The notes under the pieces were generated by a model. It was given only the letters and a program-made list of their open reading frames with translations. It had not been told where the DNA came from and did no database searches. A stretch of DNA of 62,736 nt, filler included, from Basidiobolus ranarum (taxonomy: Eukaryota), in the NCBI GenBank assembly GCA_040143965.1. It is 18 parts of 18 records of this genome, joined end to end, with 100 filler letters (N's around TTAATTAATTAA, not from the genome) between each part and the next. Parts side by side here need not be neighbours in the genome. Positions count along the whole stretch, not along the records: positions 1 to 3,401 come from JASJQH010002510.1; positions 3,502 to 6,901 come from JASJQH010002511.1; positions 7,002 to 10,401 come from JASJQH010002512.1; positions 10,502 to 13,898 come from JASJQH010002513.1; 14 more parts are not named here. The stretch is one strand, 5' to 3'. Below, piece by piece: positions 1 through 13,998 of this stretch; positions within the stretch are counted from its first letter, which is position 1; each line of letters begins with the position of its first letter. Both the position numbers and the translations under genes were made by a program.

Positions 1-344
1 GGTATTGCATACGATCCCCGTGGTAGTTACTGGACACAAGAGTTTGGCAGGGCTGTCGTCTCAAGAAAAAGGTCTCCTAAATTCATACGAGGCAACAGAA
101 AATCCCAATGATCCTATGCAGTACCAAATACCCATCATAAAATAGAATACCTAGATTAATAAAACATGCTGATTTTCATATATATATATGTGCTGCTGAC
201 AGTAAGAGATGCATTTTATTTGTTGGTATTTTTTGTTTGGAGAGTTTTAATGACTATTTATTGATATCATTACCCTGGTTATTGTTATATAGGACTTAAT
301 GAATCATGTAATCTAATATACCCTGGTAGAACATAGGGTTGAAT

Positions 345-628
345 ACAGACATATATAGCTTAGTATTTAGTTATTCCATGTTTCATTAAGATATCACCCA
401 CTATTCTCATGAGGAATTCAGTTAGAAGTTTGCAGATGTATATGTTTTTCAAAGAAGCCCCAGGCCTTGCACACATATTACTGGGTCCTTCCTCAACACA
501 TTCTACATGTTAGTTTGTTTACATCTTGACAAAACTATAAATTTCAACTCAATGAATCAATAAGTGAAAACAACCAGTTCTTCTAGTTCTCCTAACTACT
601 TCTAACAAACTCCCAAAATACTTTAACA
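345..628 (+). mobile_element. LTR family A copy (Copia LTR), degraded
   Basis: Matches the repeated TATAGCTTAGTACTTAGTTATC...CAAATACTTTAACA element seen many times in the window. Confidence 0.8.
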
Positions 629-1699
629 AAAAGAAGTCTAGTACTTAACATTTAACCTTTTCATGCAGGAAATACTAATATAATAGGTTGGTCACATATA
701 AGTATTAGGAAGAAATACATTTGCCATGTTTCAATACGTGGCTATTTTGCAATCAGCTAGGCTTGGAGTTATGTGGAATCTAAAAATCTAGGCTTAAAAG
801 CAGAAATAAGGGGTATTGTGATTTTGGTTGAGAGCTAACACTAGCTCATAGATTTAGTTAGCTTCACCCAGAACTTGCGACAAACACTAAACCAAAGGAT
901 TTAGCTGTTACTACTTATATATTTTTGACTAATACTTCAACTTACATATCTTATAGGAGGTAGTAGCAAGAATCAGCTGTTTGTCAAGTGTCATTGCTAC
1001 TCTAATTCTGAGATATTCCATAGTTTCTTCACTATCAGTTCATTGCAAAAGCAAATTGATAATTTATATACTCTCAGTGTAATTAAGAGTGAGCATATAA
1101 AAACTAAACACAAGATATTTGCACTATTAGCTACCCTTTGTGGCTGCAATACATGTGCTAAAATGAGCAAAGAAAGATATGCCTGCTTATATCAATTGTT
1201 GAAACTTTGAGCAGATCAAAAGGCTTGCAGAACTTTCAATAAGCTTGAATGATGTTAAACATCAAATATCAAAAAAACAAGTTCAAAATCAACATGACTA
1301 AAAATTGTCAGAATACCTTTGTTAAAACACAATTTCACTATTAACAACTTGCATAAAATTCAAACTGATGACTTAACACTGAATTGTCACAGTTAGTTCC
1401 AGTTTGATATTGAAAACCAGTATCATCAGGACTGGGTTATTACTGCTAGACTAAGATGTGGAGGCAGTTAGGTTGTTATGCTAACAGGGCACCTTTGAGG
1501 AGTGTAACAGCAAGTTTTATGGAATTAATGGTTAAGCAATGCATAATGGTGGATGCCCATTGCTCAAAGATCAGCAAGTTGTGTATCAGGATGAGGAGTT
1601 TGCTGAGGGCTTAGTAGTGTTGGTGCAGTCTCCATGCTGCAGTGAAGCGGTCCATTCTCTCAGCTCAAGGCTGCAGCAACATCAAACTTTCCAAACATG

Positions 1700-2340
1700 C
1701 TGGGTGATCTGAAACAACTTTTCCCAGAATGCAGCAAGTGTTTACATGATCAAAATGCCATATGTTAATAAATGAGGTGCTATGTGGCTTTTTTCCATGG
1801 CTGCATCTGAGGAGGGAGGTCTGGAGCACAGAGGAGGGATAGTATGGTATCAGCTACTGGTGTGCTATAGTAAGAAACTCCCACTTGAGCCATATCCCTT
1901 ACCTCTCATGACCCTTGTATTCTAGCCAAGTTCACTGTGACTTTGGGAGGAGCTTCTCCCAGTCCCACCTACCTTCTAGAGGGGGACTTGTTTGTTGTAA
2001 GGTTATGTATTATTACAGGTCCTTCACCAGATTACTGTATAGAATAGTGCCTGGACTCTTGGGCTTTGTGTATGCAGTCACCACACATATAACACAGGCA
2101 GGATTGCAATGGATTACTGATTGACCTTCCGGAGGAGATCAACAAAGCCTATGTGGAGTTCTTTTAGCTTCAAATTTGCTTCAACCACCCTCTTATTGAA
2201 TAGGTCCTGTAGCTTGACTTAGAGGTCAGTCAACTCCCAATCTCTCTTCTACTTCATGGATTTTCTCTCAGAGGGCTCTTTGTACTCTCAGACTGGTTAC
2301 CATATGCCAGGTTTTAAGTGAGCACTAGTAGGTTTATCAT
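1700..2340 (-). mobile_element. Degenerate retroelement gag(-protease) remnant
   Basis: Minus-strand 2041-2100 translates CLCYMCGDCIHKAQES, a decayed CX2CX4HX4C zinc knuckle. An STSFIN protease-like motif lies downstream. The region has many stops. Confidence 0.4.
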
Positions 2341-3303
2341 GCCAATCAATTTGTAAGAGTGAGCAGCGTTCAGTGAAAGCTCAGCAGCCCATTCTCTAAT
2401 TTTAGAGTCAGCGACTTGAATATAGTAATTCATTATTCATTTCTTGGTGAATCAAAATTCAACACTCCCACTCAAAGAAGTTTCAGCAAAAATAAACTCT
2501 TATCACTATCATACTAGTGCACTATAACGCAATATTTCTACAGCTGATTGACTTGGCTACACCTGTGTAAAGTATCATTAATTAGAAAAGCATATGGGGG
2601 AAGTTATGGGGCATCGAAACCCATTTTGAAGTTCATCGCACTTTTATAAATCAGAAAAGTAAGCACCAATTTGTAGTGTTACAAGCCACCAATTTCGCCC
2701 ATCCAATTTTGATTTTAGCAGTCATGATTTTCGCTGATATATGTGCATACAAATTGTATCAATAAAGTAGTTAGTATTTACCTACAAAACTTGTTTTTCA
2801 CACCAGCAATAAGAAACGACAATCGCCTGATCTCAAACTTACTTTTTTGGATTATTTTTTTCAGCAGAGTAATGTTAGCGAAGTGGCTCCATTCCGTTGT
2901 TTTAAGCTGAAAAATTCCCAATTTAGAAATTCAAAATCACGTTAGGATTTTGAACGATATGTATGGTTATCCATTATCTGGCAGTATGACCGTTTGGCAG
3001 TATAACCGCACTATGAAACGCATTTGATTTCGATCTTCTTGTGTTTATTTTGTCGCTTTGCCCTCGCAGATGAATTTAGACAGCTTTTTTACTTTGTGAA
3101 AATGTACGTCCGATTTTTTCTTCTACCTTTCAGGCGGTCTGCACATCTTCAGAAAATTTCTATATTTGTAGAGTTTTCCACAAAAATCAACCTGTTTAAC
3201 GGCTCTAAAAATTTTATATTTACAAGAAATCAAGGGAGCGATGTATTGCTTCGAGTGGTATAAATGCAGGCCATTATATCCCAATCCTTTTATTCTCATC
3301 CTC

Positions 3304-3401
3304 ATGCTTTCCTTTTTACCCGCGCTCGCATTACTCCCCTTCTTACCAGCCCATGCATGGACCACCGTTGCTCCGGTTCAGAAACTCTTCCCCAAGGTGA
3401 C
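3304..3401 (+). CDS. Secreted protein, N-terminus only (truncated by contig end)
   Basis: MLSFLPALALLPFLPAHA|WTTVAPVQKLFPK has a hydrophobic signal peptide with an AxA cleavage site. TATAAAT lies about 45 nt upstream. Confidence 0.5.
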
Positions 3402-3501
3402 NNNNNNNNNNNNNNNNNNNNNNNNNNNNNNNNNNNNNNNNNNNNTTAATTAATTAANNNNNNNNNNNNNNNNNNNNNNNNNNNNNNNNNNNNNNNNNNN
3501 N
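3402..3501. other. Artificial contig-joining spacer (N44-TTAATTAATTAA-N44), first of 17
   Basis: Identical 100-nt spacers with six-frame stops at 3402, 6902, 10402, 13899, 17394, 20888, 24381, 27872, 31363, 34854, 38344, 41834, 45322, 48808, 52293, 55776 and 59257. Contig lengths are non-increasing from about 3400 to 3380. Confidence 0.98.
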
Positions 3502-5949
3502 GGCATTTGAATGGCGCATTTATTCCTCAAGCTCACATCCCAGTGCTGAGTGATCCTTTACTAGACTTATTAGCCAGATTTAGTTACAGTAGCGGATTCC
3601 CATCATTTAAGGAAGTTTAAGGAGAGTTCACCCATTCTAATTAATAACTACTCCAATGTTCATTTGGGTATTAGAATGGATTCTGATTGCGTAGGGAATT
3701 TGCTATTTGCGCTGCGATAATTAAGGTTTTAAGGATGGAATAAGGATTTCCTAATCCACGATTCCTTAAATATTGATGCAATTCAATCTATTTACCGATT
3801 TTAGACTTACAGGACCCACAATGGATACCCCTCAACATCGTAGACCCAAGATTGTACAATCCATTCAACCCCTCATCCTAACCTCACCGTTTGTTGTAAG
3901 CATTGTTCTGAATCGTGTATCATGGGGCTGGGCATAATTCCGGTCTGCATAGATAAATCATGCCCATTATCCGCTATCTACTTATTCATAGGATATTCAA
4001 TTATATGCTATTTTACAGGGATACTTGGTCTATGACAAATACAATACACCCATTCTAGGCAGTTTTTCATAACAAAACAATGAACAGCACGGATTTACTC
4101 GGATGATTTCGCATGGCTGACCTCAATGATAATTTCTATTATACAATCCCTCAATTTCATCACTCATTGAATTCTTCTATCGTGATTAACTTTCGTGCTT
4201 TCTATACAAAATACTTCATTTTTCTTAGTGTACTATCCTTGCCATGATTTACAATGATGCATACTATATACTGGCTTAGCTGTGGTATGTATATACACTT
4301 TATGCTAGGATTTAATTACTAGTCTTATTTTGTATTGTGTTTAATCTCTTTTCTCTACTAGGAAACAATAGGCTGGCCAATTCGAATGTACTTCCATCGA
4401 TAGTATTTATTGGAGGCAGATAGTGATGTCTGTTCGGTTGGTGTTTAGCCAAAGCGTTGATGCAAGATGGTGACTTTGCTATTCCTAAATGAATACGTAG
4501 TATACATTTCATACATTGAGTGATATGGAATTGAATGTGATGAGCCCTATCTATTCATCATATTGGTATGATTTTTCATACTTTTGGACCAACTCTGGCG
4601 CGTGTGATTCTTACGTGTAACAGATCTTTGCAAACGACTCTATACAGTAAATAATTATTTATTCTTAATTTTAGCGAAATTACTATACTTAAAGCTGGAT
4701 GTTCTGTTTAGAATATCGAGGAGCATGGATTTTACCTTGAGATTCATTTAGAAGTAGACAAGTATTATCACGCATAGATTGAACTTGATTCACAATGATT
4801 TGGTCACTACTAACAATCTTATTGCAACTTATTGCTTATGATATTAGATAGGCTTTTCGTAGTGATATGGATTACAATCATATACATGTATTAACTAGTA
4901 CTTGTTCAGCATATCCAATATTCACCAATTGACCAACTTGGCTCGAAGATTTCAAGATCCTATGGATGAAAATAACCCAATTTACTCACATTAATCTTCT
5001 TTTGAGCAATATATTGATTTATTTCTTGTCCTTTTAGCAACACAGTTATTGGACTTTTCGTAATAATCTTTAATCGAAATCCATGACAAAATCCATTCTC
5101 GCTAAATGTCTTCATAGTATTTTTCTAGTTCATTAGTGATGTATGTAAAGGTAGAGTTACTTCTACTAGTACATTCGTATGGAGCTAAGCATTTCCTGTC
5201 GAAGGAACCTTTAGCATACATAGTGTCATACGGCTAAATAAATTACTGGTCTATCAGAAGAAACACATGTTTGTTTGATGCAATCAAACACATCTATTCC
5301 AAAGAGTCTCATTAGCATCTTAAAGCCAAGCGCTTACTATATTAGTATAAACTGTGCGGATCAATAGTAATAAAATCACACAACAAAATAATGTTATCTT
5401 AAATTTTCAAATGCGATATTTGAATTTGGACTTTTGCATGTGTTTCCTTAAATAATAACGGGATATACTCAATGTATCAGTATTGTCCCTAGAGTGTTAG
5501 ATATGAATACCGCTTAGAACTGTTGCTGATTTGTTGCGGGTCAATATCTCATATCCAATTGGTTATATAGATATCATGTATATTACAACTATCAGACACC
5601 TTAAAGCGTGGTCAAATGCCCTAATTTCCTTCTTAATTGCCAGATGTTCCGCAGTCGCTACTTCTCATTTTGATCATAATCATTGGACTCATCAATTCAT
5701 AGTAATTGCATTTGCTAACTTTATATTTCGTTTTTTCATTTCCAAAATCCCCAAAAATGCACTATTTTATCAAAGCATGACTTTTGATATATCTATTCTT
5801 TCCTGAGCATTGAAGAAATCCCCAATGACTCCATATTTACATCATAGATCTAGTTGCTTACTTGAAATTTTTTGATTTGGTTCCATGAAGTCTGTGCAAA
5901 AACTGTAGTCAATCCATTGGTTTCAATGTAAAGCACTGATTTAAATTAC

Positions 5950-6409
5950 TGTTGGAGGATCTTGACATAATGGGGGTAGACTTTGTATATTAGAAGCAAC
6001 TTATGATAGTGTTTTTTAGTTACTTTATTCTTAAGAGTATAAGGTGACTTATATATAGAGTATATGGTGACTTATATAGTAGAAAAGTAAATCAATTGTT
6101 TGAGATATTCAGCAGTTTATGTAATAAGATATAATAGATAAGTGGGGGTAATAAGACACACTTGTTATATAGATATAGATATATTCCTATTAAAAATATA
6201 GGGGCAATTGATACATTGCTTTCTGTTTCTGATATATTTATCATAACTAAAGTTAACTAAGATGTTGAATAAAGAATAATTATCCAACATATAGATAGAG
6301 ATATTCCGATTGAGAATATATGGGCAAATGATACATTGCTTTCTGTTTCTGATATATGTATTGTAACTAAAGTTAACCAAGATGTTGAATAAAGATTAAT
6401 TATCCAACA
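5950..6409 (+). mobile_element. LTR family B solo LTR with tandem duplication of its last ~120 bp
   Basis: TGTTGG...TATCCAACA termini, with the 3' end present twice (ending at 6289 and 6409). Near-TSD ATTAC/TTTAC. Other copies at 13716-13898, 17104-17393, 27766-27871 and 41934-42190. Confidence 0.8.
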
Positions 6410-6590
6410 TTTACACATTCAAATATGAACAAACTAACTATGTTCCTATAAAAACATGAGGTATTTATAAGCTTTGTGTAATGGACCAGGTGAACTATAT
6501 GTTGAAAAGGGCATGGACAGTCAAACTGATGACTGTCTTGATTTGTCATAGAGAATAGTAACATTGGCAATTTTGTTGCCATACTATTCC

Positions 6591-6901
6591 TGTTGAAATT
6601 AGCATTGCCTAAACACCAATATAGTCATGTATAGCTTAGTGCTTAGTTATCTTATATTTCACTAAGATATTACCAATTATTCTCATGTGGAGTTTACTCA
6701 GAATATTGTCACCAACTTAGAAGTTCTCAGATATATAGATTTTGCAAACTTGTGCTAGAAGCCCCAAACTATGTACACATGTTCCTGGGACCTTCTTAAA
6801 TGCATTCTACATGTTAGTTTGTTTACATCTTGACAAAACTATATATGCCAACTTTCTACTCAATCAATCAATAAGTGAAAACCACCAATTTTTCTAATTC
6901 T
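6591..6901 (+). mobile_element. LTR family A copy (truncated by contig end)
   Basis: Begins TGTTGAAATTAGCATTGCCTAAAC, the family A 5' terminus. Confidence 0.85.
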
Positions 6902-8120
6902 NNNNNNNNNNNNNNNNNNNNNNNNNNNNNNNNNNNNNNNNNNNNTTAATTAATTAANNNNNNNNNNNNNNNNNNNNNNNNNNNNNNNNNNNNNNNNNNN
7001 NATAAGCTCTTGGATTTTGGCAAATTTCCGTAAAGAATTCAGCCAATATATCCCCGACTTGCAGTCAACAAATGTCCTGCCACAAGTAGATGTGTCATAC
7101 ACCAGCGCTAAAGGTATCGAGTGGATGCACCAAATTCGAGGCAAGTATAAGGTTCCGCAAGCAGACCGGTCATATCAATCAAGATAAGCTGATGTACTTC
7201 ACGCAAAATTAGAATTTGTATTTTCCCCTCACTACGTTTCTAGAGTCGAATAAGCTTGGATTTTGGTACTGCTAACTGAGCTATTTATCCTCATATCCAT
7301 CACCACCTATCTCATTTCCCAACTCTGATGGATCGAATCTATCCAAATTGGTGCTATTTATGTACTTATTTCTGGAATTCGATATATAACCTTGTTTACA
7401 AGAAAATTTGGTATCGTTTATCAGAACCTCAAGATTATGAATTGTTCTCCATTGTTTCGCATAAAGGACCTCCGAGTTATGGATGTTCCATTAGTAATAT
7501 ATTCACCTCACGTCCCCATATATAGCCGCCCCACTTCAGCTTTAAAAGATCGGGTTGAAATTGGTGTAGGATCCTTCCAAGTATGTACACTTGGCGTTGG
7601 GGATTCCCTTATATATAAGCACATTTATCGAGATAGCATCCGAATCGCCCTGAGCGTTGATTGTAGAGATAGAGAATGAACCATGATTTGAAACCGTTAG
7701 CAAAGCATAGAAATTAATAAAGATTAACACAGCCTTGTCTGACAATTCACAGAAGAAAATTACTTTGAACAGTTGGGAATATGTTTGGTATCCTATATGC
7801 TTTTAGCACTTATAGGTTGCAAATTACTGAATTTGAGTATATTCACTCTGATGCACAGGCTGGACATCAATCTCAAGAATTAGTCAAAATTCATGATTTC
7901 ACGCAGATAAGAGACTTGGAAAACGCTTGATACACATGCAACCAAATCTCCAATTTGCCAATTATCAGCATCAAATTTGACAAAATCTAGAAATATTCTT
8001 TTCCTAGTCTGAACATAATAAGCCAAGTTAGAATAAACTGACAAAATATCTGTTTATTAATTAAATAGCTTATCAAAGTCCTGAATGCTTGATTAATATT
8101 AAATTAATCATAGGCAATCC

Positions 8121-9045
8121 TAGGACCTTCCTTAACACATTCTACATGTTAGTTTGTTTACATCTTGACAAAACTATAAATGTCAACTGAATACTCAATA
8201 AATCAATAAGTCAAAACCACCAATTTCTCTAGTTCCTCAAACCACTTCCAACAGGTTTCCAAAATACTTTAACAGTAAATGCAATCACATACTTCAACAT
8301 TTCAGTTAATTGTATAACTACTATATTCTCTATTGCACCATCAATAACTTCAACTTCAAATTCCTTCAAAAAGGTAAAAAACCTGCAACAGTACCAGACT
8401 ACCTGATGGATAGTGGTAAGGTATTTGATGTTAAAGTATTTGGGAGCCTGTTGGAAGTGGTTTGGAGAATTAGAGGAATTGGTGGTTTTTGCTTATTGAC
8501 TTATTGATTAGAAAGTTGACATTTATAGTTTTGTCAAGATGTAGACAAACTAACCTGTAGAATGTGTTAAAGAAGATCCTAGGAATATGTGTGCAGAGTT
8601 TAAGGCTTCTGGCACAGGTTTGAAAAATCTAAATATCTGAGAACTTCTAAGTTGGTGTCAATATTCTAAGTAAATTCCTTACGAGAATAATGGATAATAT
8701 CTTAGTGAGTTATAAGATAACCAAGTACTAAGCTATATATGACTATATAGGTGCTTAGGCAATGCTAATTTCAACAGTATTCAGTTGACATTTATACTTT
8801 TGTCAAGATGTAAACAAACTAACGTGCAGAGTGTGTTAAGGAAGGTCCCAGGAATATTTGTGCAAGGCTTGGGGCTTCTAGCACAAGTTTGAAAAATCTA
8901 AATATCTGAGAACTTCTAAGTTGGTGTCAATATTCTAGGTAAATTCCTCATAAGAATAATGGGTAATATCTTAGTTCAATATAAGATAACTAAATACTAA
9001 GCTATATATGACTATATAGGTGTCTAGGCAATGCCAATTTCAACA
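8121..9045. mobile_element. Cluster of three LTR family A pieces (+ 8121-8274; - 8429-8776; - 8777-9045)
   Basis: Direct sequence match to family A on both strands, with TGTTAA/TTCAACA termini. Confidence 0.8.
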
Positions 9046-9878
9046 TTTGATTTAGAAAACTATCCACAAAGTATTAAGTATATGAATCTTGGCAAGTTAG
9101 TCTCACAGCCACGTCAATGGTTACTAGAATGATGTTTAGGTGACCAAGAATCAACCAAAAGAAAAGCTTCATAAAGTACTTACATAATATTTGTGGTTTT
9201 ACTCTTGTATTCAAGTACTAACATACCTTCAGGGTTTTTAAGTAATTCTGAAGTAAAGCTTGGAATCCCTATTGAGGAGAAATACTTATGCTTACATATT
9301 GAGAGGTACTAAATTATCTTGATGTCCTTTTTAGAATGTAATTCTCTTTGCTCTAAGCTCTCTAGCGTTGAGGTAAGCAATTAATTTTAGGAATGTTGGC
9401 TACTTGGCCTTGGGTTCCATTACAATATTAAAAGTTTACATACTGTATAATTTTAAATGGAAGTCTTTACGCGCTTCTCACCACATCCATTATATTTTCG
9501 AGATTTAATGTGTCAAACATCCACCCCTTGTATGCCATATTACATTGGAAGTTGAAAGGTATTGCTTCATAAACTATTGTTCTCTCGGTGATAAAGATCA
9601 GTCACTTAAAGCAGGTACTTTTGTATGCTAAAGCTTACTATCATATAGTTTTCGATCATTGTACATTCCAACAAATCTGGACTTAGTTGCTCAATTTGTC
9701 ATTTCTCGGTTTGGTGAGATGAGAATGACATCTAGGATCACTGTTACTTCTTGTTGATTATTCAAAGGTATTCGAGTTTAGTAGAAATTGGGCAAATTAA
9801 TAATAATCTTCAAAAAGTTTACTCAGAAAACTGTGGATACAAATGGACTAATCACTATTACAAATAGCGTCAACATTG

Positions 9879-10401
9879 CTACTGAGAAGTAAGCTGTGGA
9901 TTGCGCGCTGTTTTGTTGATGCATCGAGCCCAAAAATCATCAATTACCTCAAAGTAACCGGCAGATAAGCAAGTATCATTGTGTTGAGCATTGAATTCAT
10001 TGAAATACTTTCCTCCGGTGGTCAAAGTCTTGGCATGAAGGATCTTCATGTGCTGAGGTGGAACTATTTCATCTCGTACTCCCGAGAGAAATAATATAGG
10101 GGTTTTTTGAATGTCGGAGATAATATCCTCAGTTTTCCATTTCTGATGGCATAGAAAGGTAAAATATCCAAAAAATGGGAAAATATGAGGAATAAGTTTC
10201 GGCTATGAAAGTGAAAAAGATTCATGTTCAGTAATACATCCCATAAAGAATACTAATCATGTATGGAATTCTTTTTTACTATGCTCAAGAATGTGTTCTC
10301 AATCATCAACGCACTGATCTAAGATGCCAAAATGTTAGCTCGGGAAAGACATTGATGCATTGTACTCAATCTACCAACTTTGTCTTCATTTCTGGCTACT
10401 A
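9879..10401 (-). CDS. bem46: Bem46/ABHD13-like alpha/beta hydrolase, 3' part (exons 10401-10379, 10318-10280, 10202-9879)
   Basis: Spliced translation reads VARNEDK|ISALMIENTFLSI|PKLIPHIFPFFGYFTFLCHQKW...PILFLSGVRDEIVPPQHM...QHNDTCLSAGYFEVI. The ENTF, LSGxxDExVPPxHM and HNDT motifs are typical of Bem46/ABHD13. Two GT-AG introns. Confidence 0.88.
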
Positions 10402-10501
10402 NNNNNNNNNNNNNNNNNNNNNNNNNNNNNNNNNNNNNNNNNNNNTTAATTAATTAANNNNNNNNNNNNNNNNNNNNNNNNNNNNNNNNNNNNNNNNNNN
10501 N

Positions 10502-11481
10502 TGATCATGATGTCCTATCCAGAAGAAAATATGAAGGGAAGATGTGTTGGTTACTTCTGGATCATCTTTAACTTGGGCGGTGTTATTGGAGCATTCATTC
10601 CTTTGGGTCTTAATTTCCACTCCGCGTCGAGTGGAGTAAGTTCTTCCACTTACATCGCATTCCTCTGTATTATGATCTTTGGTGGGTTCTGCGGATTGTT
10701 AATTCTTCCACCGGAGAAGGTAGTTCGTAACGATGGTTCTCGTGTTGAAGTCGAGAAATTCAACAACGTCTGGCATGAAATCGTTGGTATTTTGAAGCTT
10801 TTCCTTGACAAAAACATGCTTCTCTTGACTCCAATCTCCCTCGCTTCCAACTGGTTTTACTCCTATCAATTCGGTGATGTCAACGGTGTATTATTCAACA
10901 TCCGTTCTCGTGCTTTCAACAATATCTTTTATTGGGCATTCCAAATGCTTGGCGCTTATTTACTAGGTTCTTTCCTCGATTCCAAGAGATTGGGTCGTCG
11001 CCAGAGAGCTCTTTACGGTTTACTTCTTGTCTTTGTCTTTATCATGGCCGTATGGGGTGGTGGTTTAGCTCTTCAACTTACTTATGATCGTGGAACTATC
11101 GCTCATTGGAAAAAAATCGACTTTAAGGGATACGATTTCCTTGATGACCGTCGTATGTTCTATTCCAGATGGTTCCTCTACTGCATGTATGGTTTCCTTG
11201 ATGCTTCCACTCAAACATATGCTTATTGGTTGATGGGCACACTGACTAATGATTCTACTATCCTTGCTCGTTACTCTGGATACTACAAGGGAATTCAATC
11301 CGCTGGTGGTGCCATCACATGGAGAATTGATGCCGTTGGAACTCCTTACATGACTGTATTCATCATTTGTTGGGCTATTTTGGGCGCTTGCTTCCCATTC
11401 ACTTGGGTGGTTGCCAATGGCGTAAAGGAAACCAATAATGATGATGTCGAGAAGCAAGAAGATGTTAAGCCTGAAGCCTAG
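10502..11481 (+). CDS. UNC-93-like MFS membrane protein (5'-truncated)
   Basis: 324-aa ORF with multiple TM helices and the motifs MMSYPEE..KGR...FWIIFNLGGVIG, F..RSRAFNN and ARYSGYYKGIQSAGGAI.W, typical of fungal UNC-93/DUF895 proteins. Confidence 0.9.
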
Positions 11482-12642
11482 AACCCCTCTCCTATGAGAC
11501 TGTAGACTGAAATTTTCTTTCCTATGAAAGATGTAGACTGATCGATCTTTATTGCTTGTGACTATTATTTACGATCAATTGTTGTTATACAAAATAAAAT
11601 TCAATATGAAGTGAAAATTTTGGTTCTGATAGTATTTCGATTCGGCTTATTACTTAGCATAGCCATTTCGGATGGATTTTATCCGGGGAGAACTGATTGG
11701 TAGTGGCCAATCATACCTGCCTACCGTATTTACTGTACTCAAAATGATTTGCTAGTAATTATTCGCGTAATATAGCGCATTTGGAGACTATTAATTTTGA
11801 TTCGTCTAAAAAAATACTGACATCGTCTAATTTTAGAGTAAAATCCTGTAAACGGTTATAAACAGACAATCTATAGAGGAAATAACTCGAGTACTACTGA
11901 ATGTGCAAATCCTGTATCTCTTCCGTATCCTAGGCTCTATAAACGTATTATGAATGTATATGGATGCAGACTCTTTCACTTTCCAACCGAGATATTTAGG
12001 GTGATTAGATATATCCCTTTTAAAATGCCATTCATAAGGTCTGGTCAAAACTTTCGTAAGAGTTTGTGAAATATATGAAATGCTTTGGTCAATATGCAAT
12101 GTGGACTTGAGACTTTATTAAATATTCCGAAATGAGAGAAAATTTGATAATGACCTTTGGGATGAGCTGGACCACGCATGGTTGGTTTTCTATATTGAGA
12201 GAATTTGAGGCTTATATAGAGAATTTTTAAGACATGAAGTTTGTGCGAATTGTAGAGATGTTATTGATCTGAAGCACGGCATTTATACCTTCAAAGGTAC
12301 TACTAAAAATAAATGACGGGCTCATCTTCAAAACATTAGGGAGAGTGAAATTAGCCATCCAGTGGGGGTGGATATCTTCAAAATCTCCGGTGCATTTGTT
12401 AGATGAATATTGACAGGAGTAGTATTTGACCAGATAGTATTGACAAACTTAGGTATGGTTAATGAATTAGTTAGGTGTATAAATCTATGGGCAACAAACT
12501 TCAACAACTTGAACCTGAGAATTAATATTGCAAAAGAAGTCTATATAACTTTATTGCAATTGAAGAAACTAAATATAGACTTGGGAAATACTAGCTAAAA
12601 GAGCATCAAATATGTTAAACATGATATATGAATAGTTGGATG

Positions 12643-12990
12643 TGTTGAAATTAGCTTTGCCTAAACATCTATATAGTCATATATAGCTTAGTACTTAGTT
12701 ATCTCATATTTCGCTAAGATATTATCCATTATTCTCAATTGGAATTTACTCAGAATATTGACACCAACCTAGATTTTCTCAGATATATAGATTTTTCAAA
12801 CTTGTGCTAGAAGCCCCAAGCTTTTCACACATGCTCCTGGGATCTTTTTTAGCACATTCACCATGTTAGTTTGCTTACATTTTACACAACTATAAATGTC
12901 AACTTTCTACTCAATAAATCAACAAGCGAAAAACACCAATTTCTCTAATTCTCCAAACCACTTCCAGCAGGCTCCCAAATACTTTAACCA
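12643..12990 (+). mobile_element. LTR family A solo LTR
   Basis: Full-length ~347-bp match to family A, TGTTGAAATT...CTTTAAC. Confidence 0.85.
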
Positions 12991-13241
12991 TATCTTTCTA
13001 AATGCTAAAATGCAAATGTTCCTTTCCATCAAGCTGCTTCTTTATGACGCAATCTCCTCCTTTGGCTATAGTCCCAGTCTTGTTGCTCTGAGATATATCT
13101 GAGATATATCTGTGATATATGAGGAAAACATATACCTAGTGGATGATATTGTTAAGATATTGTGCTCTGATTGACTTGAGAGATAGCTTGAAATGGACTA
13201 GAAATAAAGTACTTAAACCTTTTTGTTAAAAATAAAGTAAG

Positions 13242-13588
13242 TGTTCAAATTGGCATTACCTATATGCCTTTATAGTCATATATAGCTTGGTACTTAGTTA
13301 TCTTATATTTAACTAATGTATAACCCATTATTCTCAATTGGAATTTACTTAGAATATTGATACCAACTTGGAAGTTCTCAGATATATATATTTTCAAACT
13401 TGTGCTACAAGCCCCATGCTTCGCACACATGGTTCTGCAACCTTCCTTAACACATTCTAAACATTAGTTTGTTCACATCTTAACAAAATTATCAATGTCA
13501 ACTTTCTACTTGGTAAATCAACAAGTAAGCACCACCAATTTCTCTAATTCTCAAAACCACCTCCAGCAGGCTCCTAAATGCTTTTACA
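13242..13588 (+). mobile_element. LTR family A solo LTR with perfect 5-bp TSD
   Basis: TG...CA termini flanked by a GTAAG direct repeat (13237-13241 and 13589-13593). Confidence 0.9.
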
Positions 13589-13998
13589 GTAAGCAATAGT
13601 TCTGTGTTCCAAAAATCAGTGGGTATGATATGAGCCGTATTGCAGTCAATTTGGACTTGTTTGAAATTTCAGCATAGCAATGTAGAGCTCCAAAATATCA
13701 TGAGTCCAATTCTGCTGGATAATAAATCTTTACTCAACATCATAGTTAACTTTAGTTACAATACATATATCGGAAACAGAAAGCAATGTATCTATAGCCC
13801 CTATATCTAAATAGGAATATCTCAATATCTGTATAATAAGTCTGTCTTATTCACCCCACTTATCTATTATATCTTATTACACAAACTCCTGAATATCTNN
13901 NNNNNNNNNNNNNNNNNNNNNNNNNNNNNNNNNNNNNNNNNNTTAATTAATTAANNNNNNNNNNNNNNNNNNNNNNNNNNNNNNNNNNNNNNNNNNNN

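Noticed and set aside
7280-7745. Possible secreted-protein gene on the minus strand
   Set aside because: There are short open stretches but no consistent splice model or recognisable family. At best it is a decayed pseudogene.
11065-11457. Antisense ORFs overlapping real genes (also 10650-10850, 21927-22214, 31821-32030, 40275-40457, 58777-59049)
   Set aside because: They are shadow ORFs of well-supported genes on the opposite strand.
12896-13102. Recurrent short ORFs such as MSTFYSINQ...PNHFQQAPKYFN, looking like a small gene family
   Set aside because: They are translations of the non-coding LTR family A. Frames and stops vary between copies.
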